Shown here: one piece after another, positions 23,512 through 34,494 of the stretch
Layout of the letters: each line of letters begins with the position of its first letter
Numbering within the stretch: position 1 is the stretch's first letter
Sequence record: MK250021.1
DNA length: 64,000 nucleotides
Direction: 5' to 3' (one strand)
Made by a program: the position numbers and the translations under genes
The notes under the pieces: model-generated
Told to the model about the DNA's origin: nothing
The model's input: only the letters and a program-made list of their open reading frames with translations
Database searches by the model: none

Positions 23512-23689
23512 TATTAATTGTATATAATATTATAACTTTTTATTATTTATCTATTTTATTTTTATAAAATACCTAATTTTATAAAATTTTTATGAAAGTT
23601 ATTTAAATATTATATTCTAAATTATAAGGTTATTCTTTATATGTCATGTCTTATTTAGTCATTTGCTAAATAATGTAATCAAATTCATT

Positions 23690-23726
23690 AAAAATGGGAT
23701 TATTACAAGCCATATGTAATAATCCC
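23690..23726 (-). terminator. Intrinsic terminator
   Basis: GGGATTATTACA-7nt-TGTAATAATCCC with a T tract on the minus strand. Confidence 0.85.
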
Positions 23727-23738
23727 AATATCTTTTAT

Positions 23739-24296
23739 TTAGTCTTCATAATTATTAACCATATAATTAAATACCTAATCAAATGTTGAGTCGATATTCC
23801 AAAAACTTTTTATATCATTTAAGTTTTCATTCGCTAATATCACAGTAGTATCATAAAATTGATTATCATATTCTTCTATATAATCTTTCATTTCATTACT
23901 TAATATACAAACAGTATTATTTGTTTGAAATTCTCTTGACATCTTCAAATCCTTATCATTATATTCTAAATCATAAGGGTATTCTTTATAAATGTCAATG
24001 GTAGGATTTATAGCTATCAAATTACCATCATAAAACGACTATAACCAGAAATACGCAGATGGTCCATCGGTTATTACACATGCGTAATTATCTATATATG
24101 CATATATAGTTTCCGAATCAATTTCCATCTATATATTATCAGGTACATAATTATATTGTTTCTAAATATTATCAAACAATTTAAAGACTATATCATAATT
24201 ATCACCATAACAAAGATTTATCTGTTCTCTCAACATATCATATTTCTTCTTTGTTTTATAATCATGATCCAGAATAATTAAGATTTTTTGTTTCAT
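23739..24296 (-). CDS. Hypothetical protein, 185 aa (code 15)
   Basis: ATG 24296 to TAA 23739-23741; translated through 4 TAGs. Confidence 0.75.
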
Positions 24297-24433
24297 AATT
24301 AAAAACTTCATTTAATTTTAACTATGTTCATTCGTTTATTCAAATTATTATTCATTAATCTTAATTATTGCTAAAATATATCCTATAATATTTATTAAAC
24401 TAAACAATTGTAAAAAATACACTAATATATTAT

Positions 24434-25324
24434 ATGAAAATAATAGATTTAACACAATATAAAAATTACTATTTCATTGGTGATCCACATGGAATAGATA
24501 TAATTTATAACATATTAAATTCATATATAAATGAAAATAATATGTTAGATAATTCTATTTTATTTTTCTGTGGTGACAATGGAATAGGATTTGATACTGC
24601 AGAAGAAACACATAAGAAATTAGAGTTATGTAATGAATTTGCGATAAAGCATAATCTCCATTTAATATTAGTTCGTGGTAATCATGATAATCCATACTTT
24701 TATAATGAATCAAATATATTAAATAAAAGTAATATTACATTAGTAGAAGATTATACTATAGTGAAAACATATGATAACAATGTATTATGTATAGGTGGTT
24801 CAATATCTGTTGACAGAACAAATAGGGCATTAAATAAAACATGGTGGAATAAAGAAGAAATAATTCCTATCAATGATGAAATAGAAAATGAATTAAGTAA
24901 TTTAAATTTCAATATTGATATTGTTTGTTCACATAATTGTCCGACTTATGAAAAACCTAAGAATATAGACAAATACAATCAAGGAGAAATAGTCGATAAT
25001 TGGTCCGTATGGGACTCAAAACTTTTAGATGATAACTTTATAGACCGTAGTAAAATGAACGCGATACACGAGGTTTTACAAGCTAAATTGAAGAATAATC
25101 TAAAGTATTGGATATACGGTCACTATCATAATCATTATGAATCTATAAGAACACATCCGAAATTCATTTGTCTTGATATGTATTATAAAAATATTGTTAT
25201 AGTAAAAAAAGTAACAACAAAAACATATAAAACAAATGGTTATTTTTATAAAGCAGGTCCTGATATTTTAGATATACATGATGAATCTAAATTCAGTAAT
25301 ATAAAATTTATAGAAACAAAATAA
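24434..25324 (+). CDS. Calcineurin-like metallophosphoesterase
   Basis: GDPHG, CGDNG, VRGNHD, SHNCP, YGHYH. Confidence 0.9.
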   Translation: MKIIDLTQYKNYYFIGDPHGIDIIYNILNSYINENNMLDNSILFFCGDNGIGFDTAEETHKKLELCNEFAIKHNLHLILVRGNHDNPYFYNESNILNKSNITLVEDYTIVKTYDNNVLCIGGSISVDRTNRALNKTWWNKEEIIPINDEIENELSNLNFNIDIVCSHNCPTYEKPKNIDKYNQGEIVDNWSVWDSKLLDDNFIDRSKMNAIHEVLQAKLKNNLKYWIYGHYHNHYESIRTHPKFICLDMYYKNIVIVKKVTTKTYKTNGYFYKAGPDILDIHDESKFSNIKFIETK

Positions 25325-25327
25325 ATT

Positions 25328-25675
25328 ATGAATATAATAATTTGGTTAATAGGATTTATACTATCATTGTTATTCAGTATATATTTTACATGGTTCAGTA
25401 ATAATTATATATATGAATATGATTATTGTATGAGAGGTTTATATGGAAATAAACAATATAAAATAAAATTACCAAGATACATTTATCTATTATATGGAAT
25501 AGGAATGTTTTTATATATAATCAATTTATTTATGGTATTTGGATGTATATTATTTTTCTGTATTGCAACAACAGATAATTGGACTAAATATCATTATATA
25601 GGAAAGAATAAATTTATATTAAAATATATAGATATAAAAAATAAAATAAAAATGTATCTTACATTAAAAGTATAA
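25328..25675 (+). CDS. Small membrane protein
   Basis: Two hydrophobic segments. Confidence 0.7.
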   Translation: MNIIIWLIGFILSLLFSIYFTWFSNNYIYEYDYCMRGLYGNKQYKIKLPRYIYLLYGIGMFLYIINLFMVFGCILFFCIATTDNWTKYHYIGKNKFILKYIDIKNKIKMYLTLKV

Positions 25676-25770
25676 TTTATATATAAAGTAAAATTAATTT
25701 ACATTTTTCGAAGACTTACCTTAGTAAATTACTAAATTCTTCAATAATATAAGATAAATTAATAATTAAA

Positions 25771-25873
25771 NNNNNNNNNNNNNNNNNNNNNNNNNNNNNN
25801 NNNNNNNNNNNNNNNNNNNNNNNNNNNNNNNNNNNNNNNNNNNNNNNNNNNNNNNNNNNNNNNNNNNNNNNNN
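25771..25873. other. Assembly gap (Ns)
   Basis: N run. Confidence 1.
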
Positions 25874-25920
25874 ATAAAAATTAAAAATAGTTTATAACTT
25901 ATTAATAATCAATAAAATAA

Positions 25921-25950
25921 AAGAGTGAATAATTTAAATTATTCACTCTT
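25921..25950 (-). terminator. Intrinsic terminator
   Basis: AAGAGTGAATAAT-TTAA-ATTATTCACTCTT perfect hairpin after the stop codon. Confidence 0.8.
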
Positions 25951-25962
25951 TCTTTATATTTT

Positions 25963-26850
25963 TTAAATCTATTCTACTTTACTTCCACAATATGGACAAA
26001 ACTTAAACTTTGTATTCAATTTTCTCCCACAATTAGTACAATAAACTTTATTCAAATCATTCACATTATAAGGTTTTCTACTCATAGGTAAAATCTTTAT
26101 ATACTCTGACTTATAAGGATAATTATCAAAATCGTTATAAACAGATTCGAACTTCTGATTTGAATAACTTCCTTTCTCTATTCTACCTGTTTCAAATAAT
26201 TTATTTATACTATCAGATGAAATTGATTTACTAAAAGATTTTATTGAACTTGCATTTAATGTTGATGCTGATGTTTCAATTCCACTTGTATTAATAGCAG
26301 TATCATTCAATGAAGTAGAACATAATCTTGTATCATTAATAATTTGATTTTTATCATCTATTATAGAACTTGTGTTATTAATACATGTTGTTTTATAAAC
26401 AAATGGTGAAATAGAAGGATTACTCAATGGATTATTTAATGGTTTACTAATAAGTGGTTCATTCAAATTATGATTTAACCAATAATTACCATCATCTATT
26501 AATTTATAGATTTTATCATTTCTTTCTCTATAGAACTTTACTGTAATATTACCATTATTTCTAATAGCATTTTTTACTTGTTCATTATTATCATCTACTT
26601 CATAAGTAGAAAACTTAAATTTCTTATTATCATTTAAGTAACGTTCCAACCAACATCTTTGTCCAGGTTTAAGAACCAGCATTCCATCTAACTTATTTTC
26701 ATTAATATAAATTTCTATACCAATATTATAAGTCTCTGGATTAAATAACATAATTTCAAATTCTGTGTTATCATTCATATAAACAACACGTGAATCTTCA
26801 TTAGTCTAATACTCTTTCAATAGAGATTTGTTGACAGCTATCTTTGCCAT
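25963..26850 (-). CDS. Conserved phage protein with C-terminal Zn ribbon (code 15; start uncertain)
   Basis: MAKIAVNKSLLKEY*TNEDSRVVYMNDNTEFEIMLFNP...CTNCG..CPYCG; the frame stays open upstream to the gap. Confidence 0.75.
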
Positions 26851-26996
26851 CTTGTTTTCTTCTGTAATAATCATAAGTCTTAATTTATATTTTATTTTAA
26901 ACTTATCTATTAAACAATCGATTCTCTATATAAAAATCTCAAAAGAACTTTGTTTCATTCTCTGTCTAATAGAATATATCATTATCTATATTTTTC

Positions 26997-27425
26997 NNNN
27001 NNNNNNNNNNNNNNNNNNNNNNNNNNNNNNNNNNNNNNNNNNNNNNNNNNNNNNNNNNNNNNNNNNNNNNNNNNNNNNNNNNNNNNNNNNNNNNNNNNNN
27101 NNNNNNNNNNNNNNNNNNNNNNNNNNNNNNNNNNNNNNNNNNNNNNNNNNNNNNNNNNNNNNNNNNNNNNNNNNNNNNNNNNNNNNNNNNNNNNNNNNNN
27201 NNNNNNNNNNNNNNNNNNNNNNNNNNNNNNNNNNNNNNNNNNNNNNNNNNNNNNNNNNNNNNNNNNNNNNNNNNNNNNNNNNNNNNNNNNNNNNNNNNNN
27301 NNNNNNNNNNNNNNNNNNNNNNNNNNNNNNNNNNNNNNNNNNNNNNNNNNNNNNNNNNNNNNNNNNNNNNNNNNNNNNNNNNNNNNNNNNNNNNNNNNNN
27401 NNNNNNNNNNNNNNNNNNNNNNNNN
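26997..27425. other. Assembly gap (Ns)
   Basis: N run. Confidence 1.
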
Positions 27426-27537
27426 ACGAAAAAAGTCTACATATTTTTAATAATTTTTTCTAATAAAAATTAAACTTTATATTAATATATTAGTATAATA
27501 TATGTTAATAAAACATAAAATTAGATTAAAATACAAG

Positions 27538-29553
27538 ATGCAATATACAAATTATAGAAATATTAAGAAACTGGGGTTACTTATTATTGCATTTGAGGGT
27601 ACTGAACATCTTTATAATATCATTTCCGAACTTAGAGAATCTGTTGATTATGTTTCTATTGGATTGTAGAGATTATCTTATCATGGAGATAAGATTTCTG
27701 AAATTGATTTACAAGAGATTTTACGATTACGTGACGAAGATAAACTTGTAGATAATATCGTGGAGATTGAACTTGATACAACAAAACCTGCGAGAGAGCA
27801 AGAGACTGACAAGAGAAACATGTTAATTCAAGACGCGGAAGATCATGGATGTACACATGCAATAGTTATAGATTCCGATGAATATTATACAAAGAAAGCA
27901 TTTGAGAATGCATGCAAAATGATTGATGATAATGATTATCCAATTACATATTGTCAATATATAAATTATTATCATGATTACAAACATTTCTTGGTTTATC
28001 CATTCAAGGATGGAATGTATGTTCCTTTTGTTACGAGAGTTCAATATAGACATTCATTCGAATGTACAGATTTTCTTTTGCCATCAGATCCTACACGAAG
28101 ATTTGTAAGACCATATTCAGGAGTTGAAAAAGTTGTTGGTAAAGATGGAAAAGTTCATAAGATTAAGAATTATACAGTAGATTATCATGTATTCAAATGG
28201 AATGAGGTGAAGATGCATCATTTGAGTTGGTTACGCGCGGACATCAGAAAGAAACTCGAAATGTGGTCTTCAAAGAAATGCTTTGATAATTATGATGATT
28301 TGATTGATAGAGCTGTTGATTCATTTAATAAGTTTGATGAAAATTGTACACAAGCTAAAGCATTGATGTTGTTTAACACTCCTGGTAATTCTGTAGATGT
28401 TAAAGCATTTCCAAAACAATATATACATCCAAAAGTTGATTATCGTACAAGGTTAAGAAAAGTTAGAAATCCTAAAAAACTTTTAGTATTATCAATGTGT
28501 AGTACAGTTGATCCAATTTATAATAAGTTAGAGGAAACATGTGTAAAGACATGGAAAAATACATATCTTAATAATGAGAACACATTATTAAATGAATCGA
28601 ATTGGAATCAATATCATAGTAGTAATGAACCTTATATTGATATTGATTTTTGGGTTTATACAGATGCTGAAGAAGGAGAAGATACTCACGTAGATGAAGC
28701 TAATAAAATAATTTATATTAAGAGAGAATATAAAGATAAAGATGATGCATTATATCATACATATTCAAAGACAATTTTTGCGTTAAGAGAAATTAAGAAG
28801 TTAGATCTTAAATATGATTATTTAATCAGAACTAATAATTCCACATGGATTAATCTCCCTTTATTGAATGAGTTCTTTGCATATCAAGAAGATGATTCAC
28901 AATTATTCACCGGAAGAATATATGGAAGTTTTTGGTCCGCATTTAATATTTACGCGGGTGGTGAACTTATGGTATTCTCAAGAAGAAATGTTGATATTCT
29001 TGATAAGTTATCAGGAGATGATCCTATTAAATTTGAGAAAGCAATATTGGGGTGTGACGATAATTTGATATTCGGTTTATGGAATAAACGTTTGATGAAA
29101 TTAGGATTAAGAGAATCTGATTATATCCATTCATTTGAAGATGATTTATTCATTTCACCTGAAAATCATAAAGATTATGATTTTGCACATATAGCAATTC
29201 AGACTAGGACATACTTTGATAAAGAAAATAATCAAAGAGACAATAAATCTGATATTTTAAAGGAATATTCTCATTTAGAAAACAGAGAGTATTATGATAT
29301 TGAAAAGATGAAAGATATTCAAAAAGCATGGAATAATAATAATGAATCTCTGAAGACATTATATAATCGTATGATGGAAAAATATTACGATAAATTTATT
29401 CATCCGATTAAATATAGTAAACAAGATTGGTTTAAACTTGATGATAAAACAAAAACATATTGTAAGTTTGAAACAACAATGGATAGAGAAGAAGGACTTG
29501 AATATTTAAGGAAGAGACAAAAAGAATGTGGTTATGTAACAACATTAATTTAA
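27538..29553 (+). CDS. Two-domain glycosyltransferase-like protein, ~671 aa (one TAG)
   Basis: N-domain THAIVIDSDEY (GT-A DxD); C-domain YDYLIRTNNSTWINL, YAGGELMVFS, DDNLIFG. Confidence 0.7.
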
Positions 29554-29563
29554 TTAATAATAT

Positions 29564-29603
29564 AAAGGAATAGAGTATTTTTTATAAATCTCTATTCCTT
29601 TTT
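29564..29603 (+). terminator. Intrinsic terminator
   Basis: AAAGGAATAGAG/CTCTATTCCTTT followed by T. Confidence 0.8.
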
Positions 29604-29666
29604 CTGTTAAATGATGTTAACTAAATAAACTTTTATCATTAATCATTTTCTTTTTTGAAAATAATG

Positions 29667-29677
29667 ATGTATCTTTG
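29667..29677 (+). promoter_or_regulatory. Bacteroidetes-type -7 promoter element
   Basis: ATGTATCTTTG ~30 nt upstream of the ligase-like gene, just after a terminator. Confidence 0.6.
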
Positions 29678-29707
29678 TATCGTTAAATTAAAATACATAG
29701 ATTATAT

Positions 29708-30775
29708 ATGCAACATTTATATCAATTCTTACAGAGTAAGAGATTACCTGTTAGAGAAATATTGAGTTGTAATTGTCAGATAACAACAAAAGTTGACGGC
29801 TCTGCATTTCAATATTATAAACATCAAGGAAAAGTGTATTATTCGAAGAGACCTAATGCACCGTATATTCCTGGAAAGAATATCATTGATGAGTTTGACC
29901 TTATCATGAATAATATGTATAATAATGCATATAATATTCTTGAAAGTAATAAGAATAAAATTCCTGATGATATAGAGATATTAAATTTTGAAGTTTTTGA
30001 TAGAAATAAAGATAATCATATTATTAAATATAATGGTGAATATAAGAATGATATGGTTCTATTATCTGGCTATGATATGTTAGGAAATATTGTTCCTTTT
30101 GAAACATTGAAGAGTATAGCAGATGATTTAGATATTAGCTGTATAAATCTCCTGTATGACGATTATTTTTCTAAAGAGTATATTTCTTTACTGATGGAAA
30201 ATAAATGCGATACAGAGAAGATATGGTATCAAATTTCGAGTCTTATAAAGGATAAGATAGATATTGAAAATATAGAAGGTCTTGTATTGACGTTTAATGA
30301 ACATACGGACATAGAAAATATCAATAGAATATTGAAGATTCAATCTCCAAAATTTCATGAAGATATTATGAAACATTTGGAAGATGAAAAGAAATCAAAA
30401 CAAGATGTTAATCTTGAATGGATTTATGATATGTTTATTGAATCTGGTAAATATTTTGAAAATAGTGATGTGCATCCTATTACAAAATTATGTCAAATGT
30501 ACATAGCAACAGAGATCACAAATGAAGACTTTTCGAACATCGAAAATACTTTGAAAAAAGTTGAGATTTTGAGAAATCAAGAAATAAATATATCACTAAT
30601 ATCCAGATATTACTATATGTTTCCTAATAGTATGGATGATATAGAATATCCTACAATATTGAAATTCCTGTTTCTTGTATTCAGGAACAAACGAGTAAAG
30701 ACACCATTATGGTGTTCATTAGAATATCAGTTAAATAAAGTTAATCCTTTTATAGATAATTATATATTTAATTGA
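29708..30775 (+). CDS. RNA ligase (Rnl2-like) covalent nucleotidyltransferase
   Basis: Motif I TTKVDGS, III LNFEVF, IV IEGLVL, V ILKIQS. Confidence 0.7.
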   Translation: MQHLYQFLQSKRLPVREILSCNCQITTKVDGSAFQYYKHQGKVYYSKRPNAPYIPGKNIIDEFDLIMNNMYNNAYNILESNKNKIPDDIEILNFEVFDRNKDNHIIKYNGEYKNDMVLLSGYDMLGNIVPFETLKSIADDLDISCINLLYDDYFSKEYISLLMENKCDTEKIWYQISSLIKDKIDIENIEGLVLTFNEHTDIENINRILKIQSPKFHEDIMKHLEDEKKSKQDVNLEWIYDMFIESGKYFENSDVHPITKLCQMYIATEITNEDFSNIENTLKKVEILRNQEINISLISRYYYMFPNSMDDIEYPTILKFLFLVFRNKRVKTPLWCSLEYQLNKVNPFIDNYIFN

Positions 30776-30822
30776 TAATATAGACAATTTAATTAATAAC
30801 GCATATAAAAAATAATTTAGAT

Positions 30823-31758
30823 ATGGTAATCGCAATGCAAAATCAGTTTAGTGAGGATTATATGAACAATAATTACGGTATTGATTCAGTTGATGACAGA
30901 AAGAATTATGTTATCGACGACACAATGAATGTTGATGTAAATCTTGAAGCTTTAAAGCGTGAGGGAATTACAGAAGACGAAATTGACGAAATGTTTAATC
31001 TTGATGATGAAGCAATTAATAGTTCTATTAATGCTTTGGATTCTAAGAAGATTAATAAGTTAAAGAAACAAACATCAAAAGCAAAGAAGAAGCTTGAAGA
31101 TGATATTGTTCTTGTAAAGAAGTTTGTAGATAATCCTACACATGATAATTTCAATAAGTTGTGGGAGAGATTTTATTTCGGAGTAAAAGGACATGCATTT
31201 AAGTTTATGCATGACTGGGACCTTGCAGATGATATGACACTACAGACATTTACTCGTGCATGGGAGTTCCGTGATAAGTATGATATTGAGAAGGCAAAGT
31301 TCTCTACATGGTTGTATACAATTTGTCGTAACTTGTGTCTTGGAGAAATCAATAAAAGAAATAAGGAAAACATTGTTGGTAATGATATTTCTGATATGTT
31401 TGATTCTGCTATGTTGACTTCAAGTTCAGCAATGTCTACAAATTCTACACAGTATACAGTAGAGAATGGTGATTTAGTTGCGAATTCAGCAGATGATCTT
31501 GTATTGAAGATGTATGATACATCTCTTAATGAGATTGAGAAACTCGGCGGCACTTATGCAAAGGTTCTTCGTATGAAACTTGTTGATGACATGAAGATTA
31601 GAGAGATTGCAAATCAACTTAATATGAATGAATCAACAGTTAAGAATTATCTATATAAAGGAAAAGAAACACTTGAGTCTATTATGAAGACAAAGCATAA
31701 GGGACTTTATGAAATGTATCTTGAATCTGCAGGAGATGAAGCCGCAAAAATGATGTAA
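30823..31758 (+). CDS. ECF-type RNA polymerase sigma factor with N-terminal extension
   Basis: Region 2 ADDMTLQTFTRAWE..KFSTWLYTICRN; region 4 KIREIANQLNMNESTVKNYLYKGK. Confidence 0.88.
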   Translation: MVIAMQNQFSEDYMNNNYGIDSVDDRKNYVIDDTMNVDVNLEALKREGITEDEIDEMFNLDDEAINSSINALDSKKINKLKKQTSKAKKKLEDDIVLVKKFVDNPTHDNFNKLWERFYFGVKGHAFKFMHDWDLADDMTLQTFTRAWEFRDKYDIEKAKFSTWLYTICRNLCLGEINKRNKENIVGNDISDMFDSAMLTSSSAMSTNSTQYTVENGDLVANSADDLVLKMYDTSLNEIEKLGGTYAKVLRMKLVDDMKIREIANQLNMNESTVKNYLYKGKETLESIMKTKHKGLYEMYLESAGDEAAKMM

Positions 31759-31768
31759 GAATCAAAGG

Positions 31769-32272
31769 ATGAAACTAATTGATAATATAAAAGATTGGTG
31801 GTATTCATTTAAAGATGACTACCATCAATTTTCAAAAGATAAAATGATTAAGAAAGCATTTCATAAATTAATTCAGAGTGAATCTAATGACCGTGAAAGT
31901 TTTTTTAATCAAAGTAATTTACGAGCGACAAATGATTTTTATGAAGTCGCTCAGGTTATTGATATTCCAGAAGAGTATCAAATAAAGGGACAGCAATGGC
32001 AAATAATGGATAAGTTAAATGAAAATTCATTTTTTGTCACAAGATATTTAAGAGATGAACTTCAATTAGGTGATAATGTTTCTATTCCTGAATATTATCA
32101 TATAGAAGATCCATCAAGTGGAAAACCATTTAGTTGCAGGTATCTTGCTGTTTGGAATTATCAACCTGTATTGAAATCAAAAAAGAAAATTTATATTGTT
32201 AATACAATAATCGGAACTATTGGAACAACAGTAGTGTCAGGATTAACATGGTTAGCAATAATTTTACTATAA
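31769..32272 (+). CDS. Protein with C-terminal membrane anchor
   Basis: 167 aa with a hydrophobic C-terminus. Confidence 0.75.
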   Translation: MKLIDNIKDWWYSFKDDYHQFSKDKMIKKAFHKLIQSESNDRESFFNQSNLRATNDFYEVAQVIDIPEEYQIKGQQWQIMDKLNENSFFVTRYLRDELQLGDNVSIPEYYHIEDPSSGKPFSCRYLAVWNYQPVLKSKKKIYIVNTIIGTIGTTVVSGLTWLAIILL

Positions 32273-32481
32273 TGAAGAAATACAGAAACATTTATTTTTT
32301 GAAAAGTATGTGGGCATAGGGTCATGGTTCACGTGATATAGAATATTATGGTACAATGTATAGTTTTTCTAAATAGATAAAAGATTTTGATAAGAAGTTT
32401 GATAGAAATCAAGATCTTATTATAAACTGTACAGAATGTATGAAAAATAAAATAGGTAAATTTATTAAAGTGAAGAAATAA
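32272..32481 (+). CDS. Small hypothetical protein, 69 aa (code 15)
   Basis: TAATG-coupled start, 2 TAGs, TAA at the terminator. Confidence 0.55.
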
Positions 32482-32503
32482 TCTAAATATTTCTTCACTT
32501 TTT
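32467..32503 (+). terminator. Intrinsic terminator
   Basis: AAAGTGAAGAAATA/TATTTCTTCACTTT followed by T. Confidence 0.8.
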
Positions 32504-32570
32504 ACATTATATGTTAAACTATTTTAGTAATATATAGTATAATATAAAAATAAATTTACGTAAATTTATA

Positions 32571-33404
32571 ATGACAAAGAAAAAGATTACAGTTGAAGAA
32601 GGAGCAAAACTTGATGAGCTTAAAGAAAAGAAGAATCTACCTTCTACTACAGATAAGAAAGAAGATGAACTTACAAAAGCAGGAGTTCCTGAGTTAACTG
32701 AAGAACAGAAAGAGTATGCACGTGTAACAGTTCGTAATGAGTTTAATAAGAAGTTTTCAAAATGGGCTGAGATTGATCCTGTAAATGCAACAGATGATGA
32801 TATTGCACAAGCAAAGAAAGATTTCGAAGATTGTTTGAATGCAAATAAAAATAAGAAGTATATGCTTGCACCACATGATGATGGACTTGCATTGACAACT
32901 GCAAAGTTCCTTAAGGATTGGAATGCAAAATTCAATACATGGGAGAAAGGATCATGGCGTGGACTTATTCAGTTTGATAAAGTAATTACAAAAATTATTA
33001 CAGAACTTGAAGGTGATAAAAATAAGGATTTTGAGATTGATTATTCTACATTGATTTTCTTGTATCAGAGTATGGGAGACCCTAAGGGAACAGGACTTGA
33101 TACTGCCAGAGAAATGGCGAAGTTTGAAAATTATAATGAGGAAACAGGAAAGGTATTTGAAGAAGATATTCCTGTAACTTATAGTGGTATTCTTGAGAAA
33201 GTAAATCTTGAAGTTAAGAATCTTTCTAATATTGATAAGAAGTTGACAATTCTTAAGGAGAGAGTAAACCTTGCTTATGCAGGTTTGAAGATGAATTTAA
33301 AGATTTCTGATATTGAGGAATTTATTGAGTTTCATGAGGCAATTACCGCATCTGCTGCAGATGATGATCCAGAGGTAAAGAAAGCACTTGGTGAAAAGAA
33401 ATAA
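32571..33404 (+). CDS. Hypothetical acidic/helical protein
   Basis: 277-aa ORF, no TAG. Confidence 0.8.
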   Translation: MTKKKITVEEGAKLDELKEKKNLPSTTDKKEDELTKAGVPELTEEQKEYARVTVRNEFNKKFSKWAEIDPVNATDDDIAQAKKDFEDCLNANKNKKYMLAPHDDGLALTTAKFLKDWNAKFNTWEKGSWRGLIQFDKVITKIITELEGDKNKDFEIDYSTLIFLYQSMGDPKGTGLDTAREMAKFENYNEETGKVFEEDIPVTYSGILEKVNLEVKNLSNIDKKLTILKERVNLAYAGLKMNLKISDIEEFIEFHEAITASAADDDPEVKKALGEKK

Positions 33405-33557
33405 TTATCATTTATTTTAATATATACATAAAGTATTTTTATTATTTTTATAGGGATTTGATACATGTGAATGTGTTGAATCCCTAATTTGTTTTAACTA
33501 TGTAATATAAGATATGGTATAGAATATTTCTGTATACATACAAAAAATATTTGAAAT

Positions 33558-34430
33558 ATGAGTACTTTTAAAGAATGTACATATAATACTATAAAAAATA
33601 CAGGTGAATTAATTAATGGAAGATTATTATATTCATGGTTATCAGGTGGGAATACATCTCAACCTGTATATTTTGGATTAAAAGATACAGATAATAATTG
33701 GAACGGAAATTTAGTATCAAAAGGGACCTCATCATTTTATTTAACATCTGATACAAATGGTTGTACAGCAGAAGTTAAAGATTCTACATATACACCAACT
33801 ACAGCAGATGCGAATACAGCAAGAGAAATATGGTTAAATATTCCTAAATCAACTGCTTCAAGAACTATAAAATTTAGTTATAATGGAACAATTGTACTTA
33901 CAGTTATTTAGAATATTGTTGAACAAAGAAAATATAGATATTTATTTTTTGAACCTACTATGACAAATACAAATATTTCACAACCAATATTTTGTATTGT
34001 TTCATAGAGTAATGGTAGTTTAAAAATTAGTAATACTGCATTTACTTCTTATGCTTCTGGTTATGGCGGTACATATGACAACAATGCATTAATAGCTGTT
34101 TGCTTAGATACAGATAGACTTCCCAAAGCACAAATATTTATTAATTCAAAAAAGATAAAACAATTAGTTGATAATAATTCATTAATATATGAAAGTGGTA
34201 ATAATTATTTAACAAATACAACTATATATAATAACTATTGGATAATATTTATTAACGATATTATAACAGAATTAACAGATAATGGTGACATAGCGGGTTC
34301 ATATGATAATTATGAGAGTTGTCCAGATAAAGGGACATATGATATATATTCTGTTGTTTAGAGTATTGGCATTACAAAATGTGGTGAGTTTTAGCTTAAT
34401 AAGTCGGTAGGTATGATTGCAAAATATTAA
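33558..34430 (+). CDS. Tail/receptor-binding accessory-like protein, 290 aa (code 15); paralog of 48450-49334
   Basis: Reads through TAG 33909; shares YFGL.D.D.N..GNL, GC(T/S)A and SR.I motifs with 48450-49334. Confidence 0.65.
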
Positions 34431-34494
34431 GACATTTTATGTTTTTTACTATATAAAAATTAAATAGGAAAGATTTATTTAATTTTATTATATA

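Noticed and set aside
15400-23770. CRISPR array next to either TnpB/Cas12-like gene
   Set aside because: No series of regularly spaced direct repeats seen; only the single hairpin plus 33-nt duplication reported above
25680-27470. Mobile element or repeat hidden in the N gaps
   Set aside because: Flanks show no recognisable IS ends or repeats; gap content cannot be assessed
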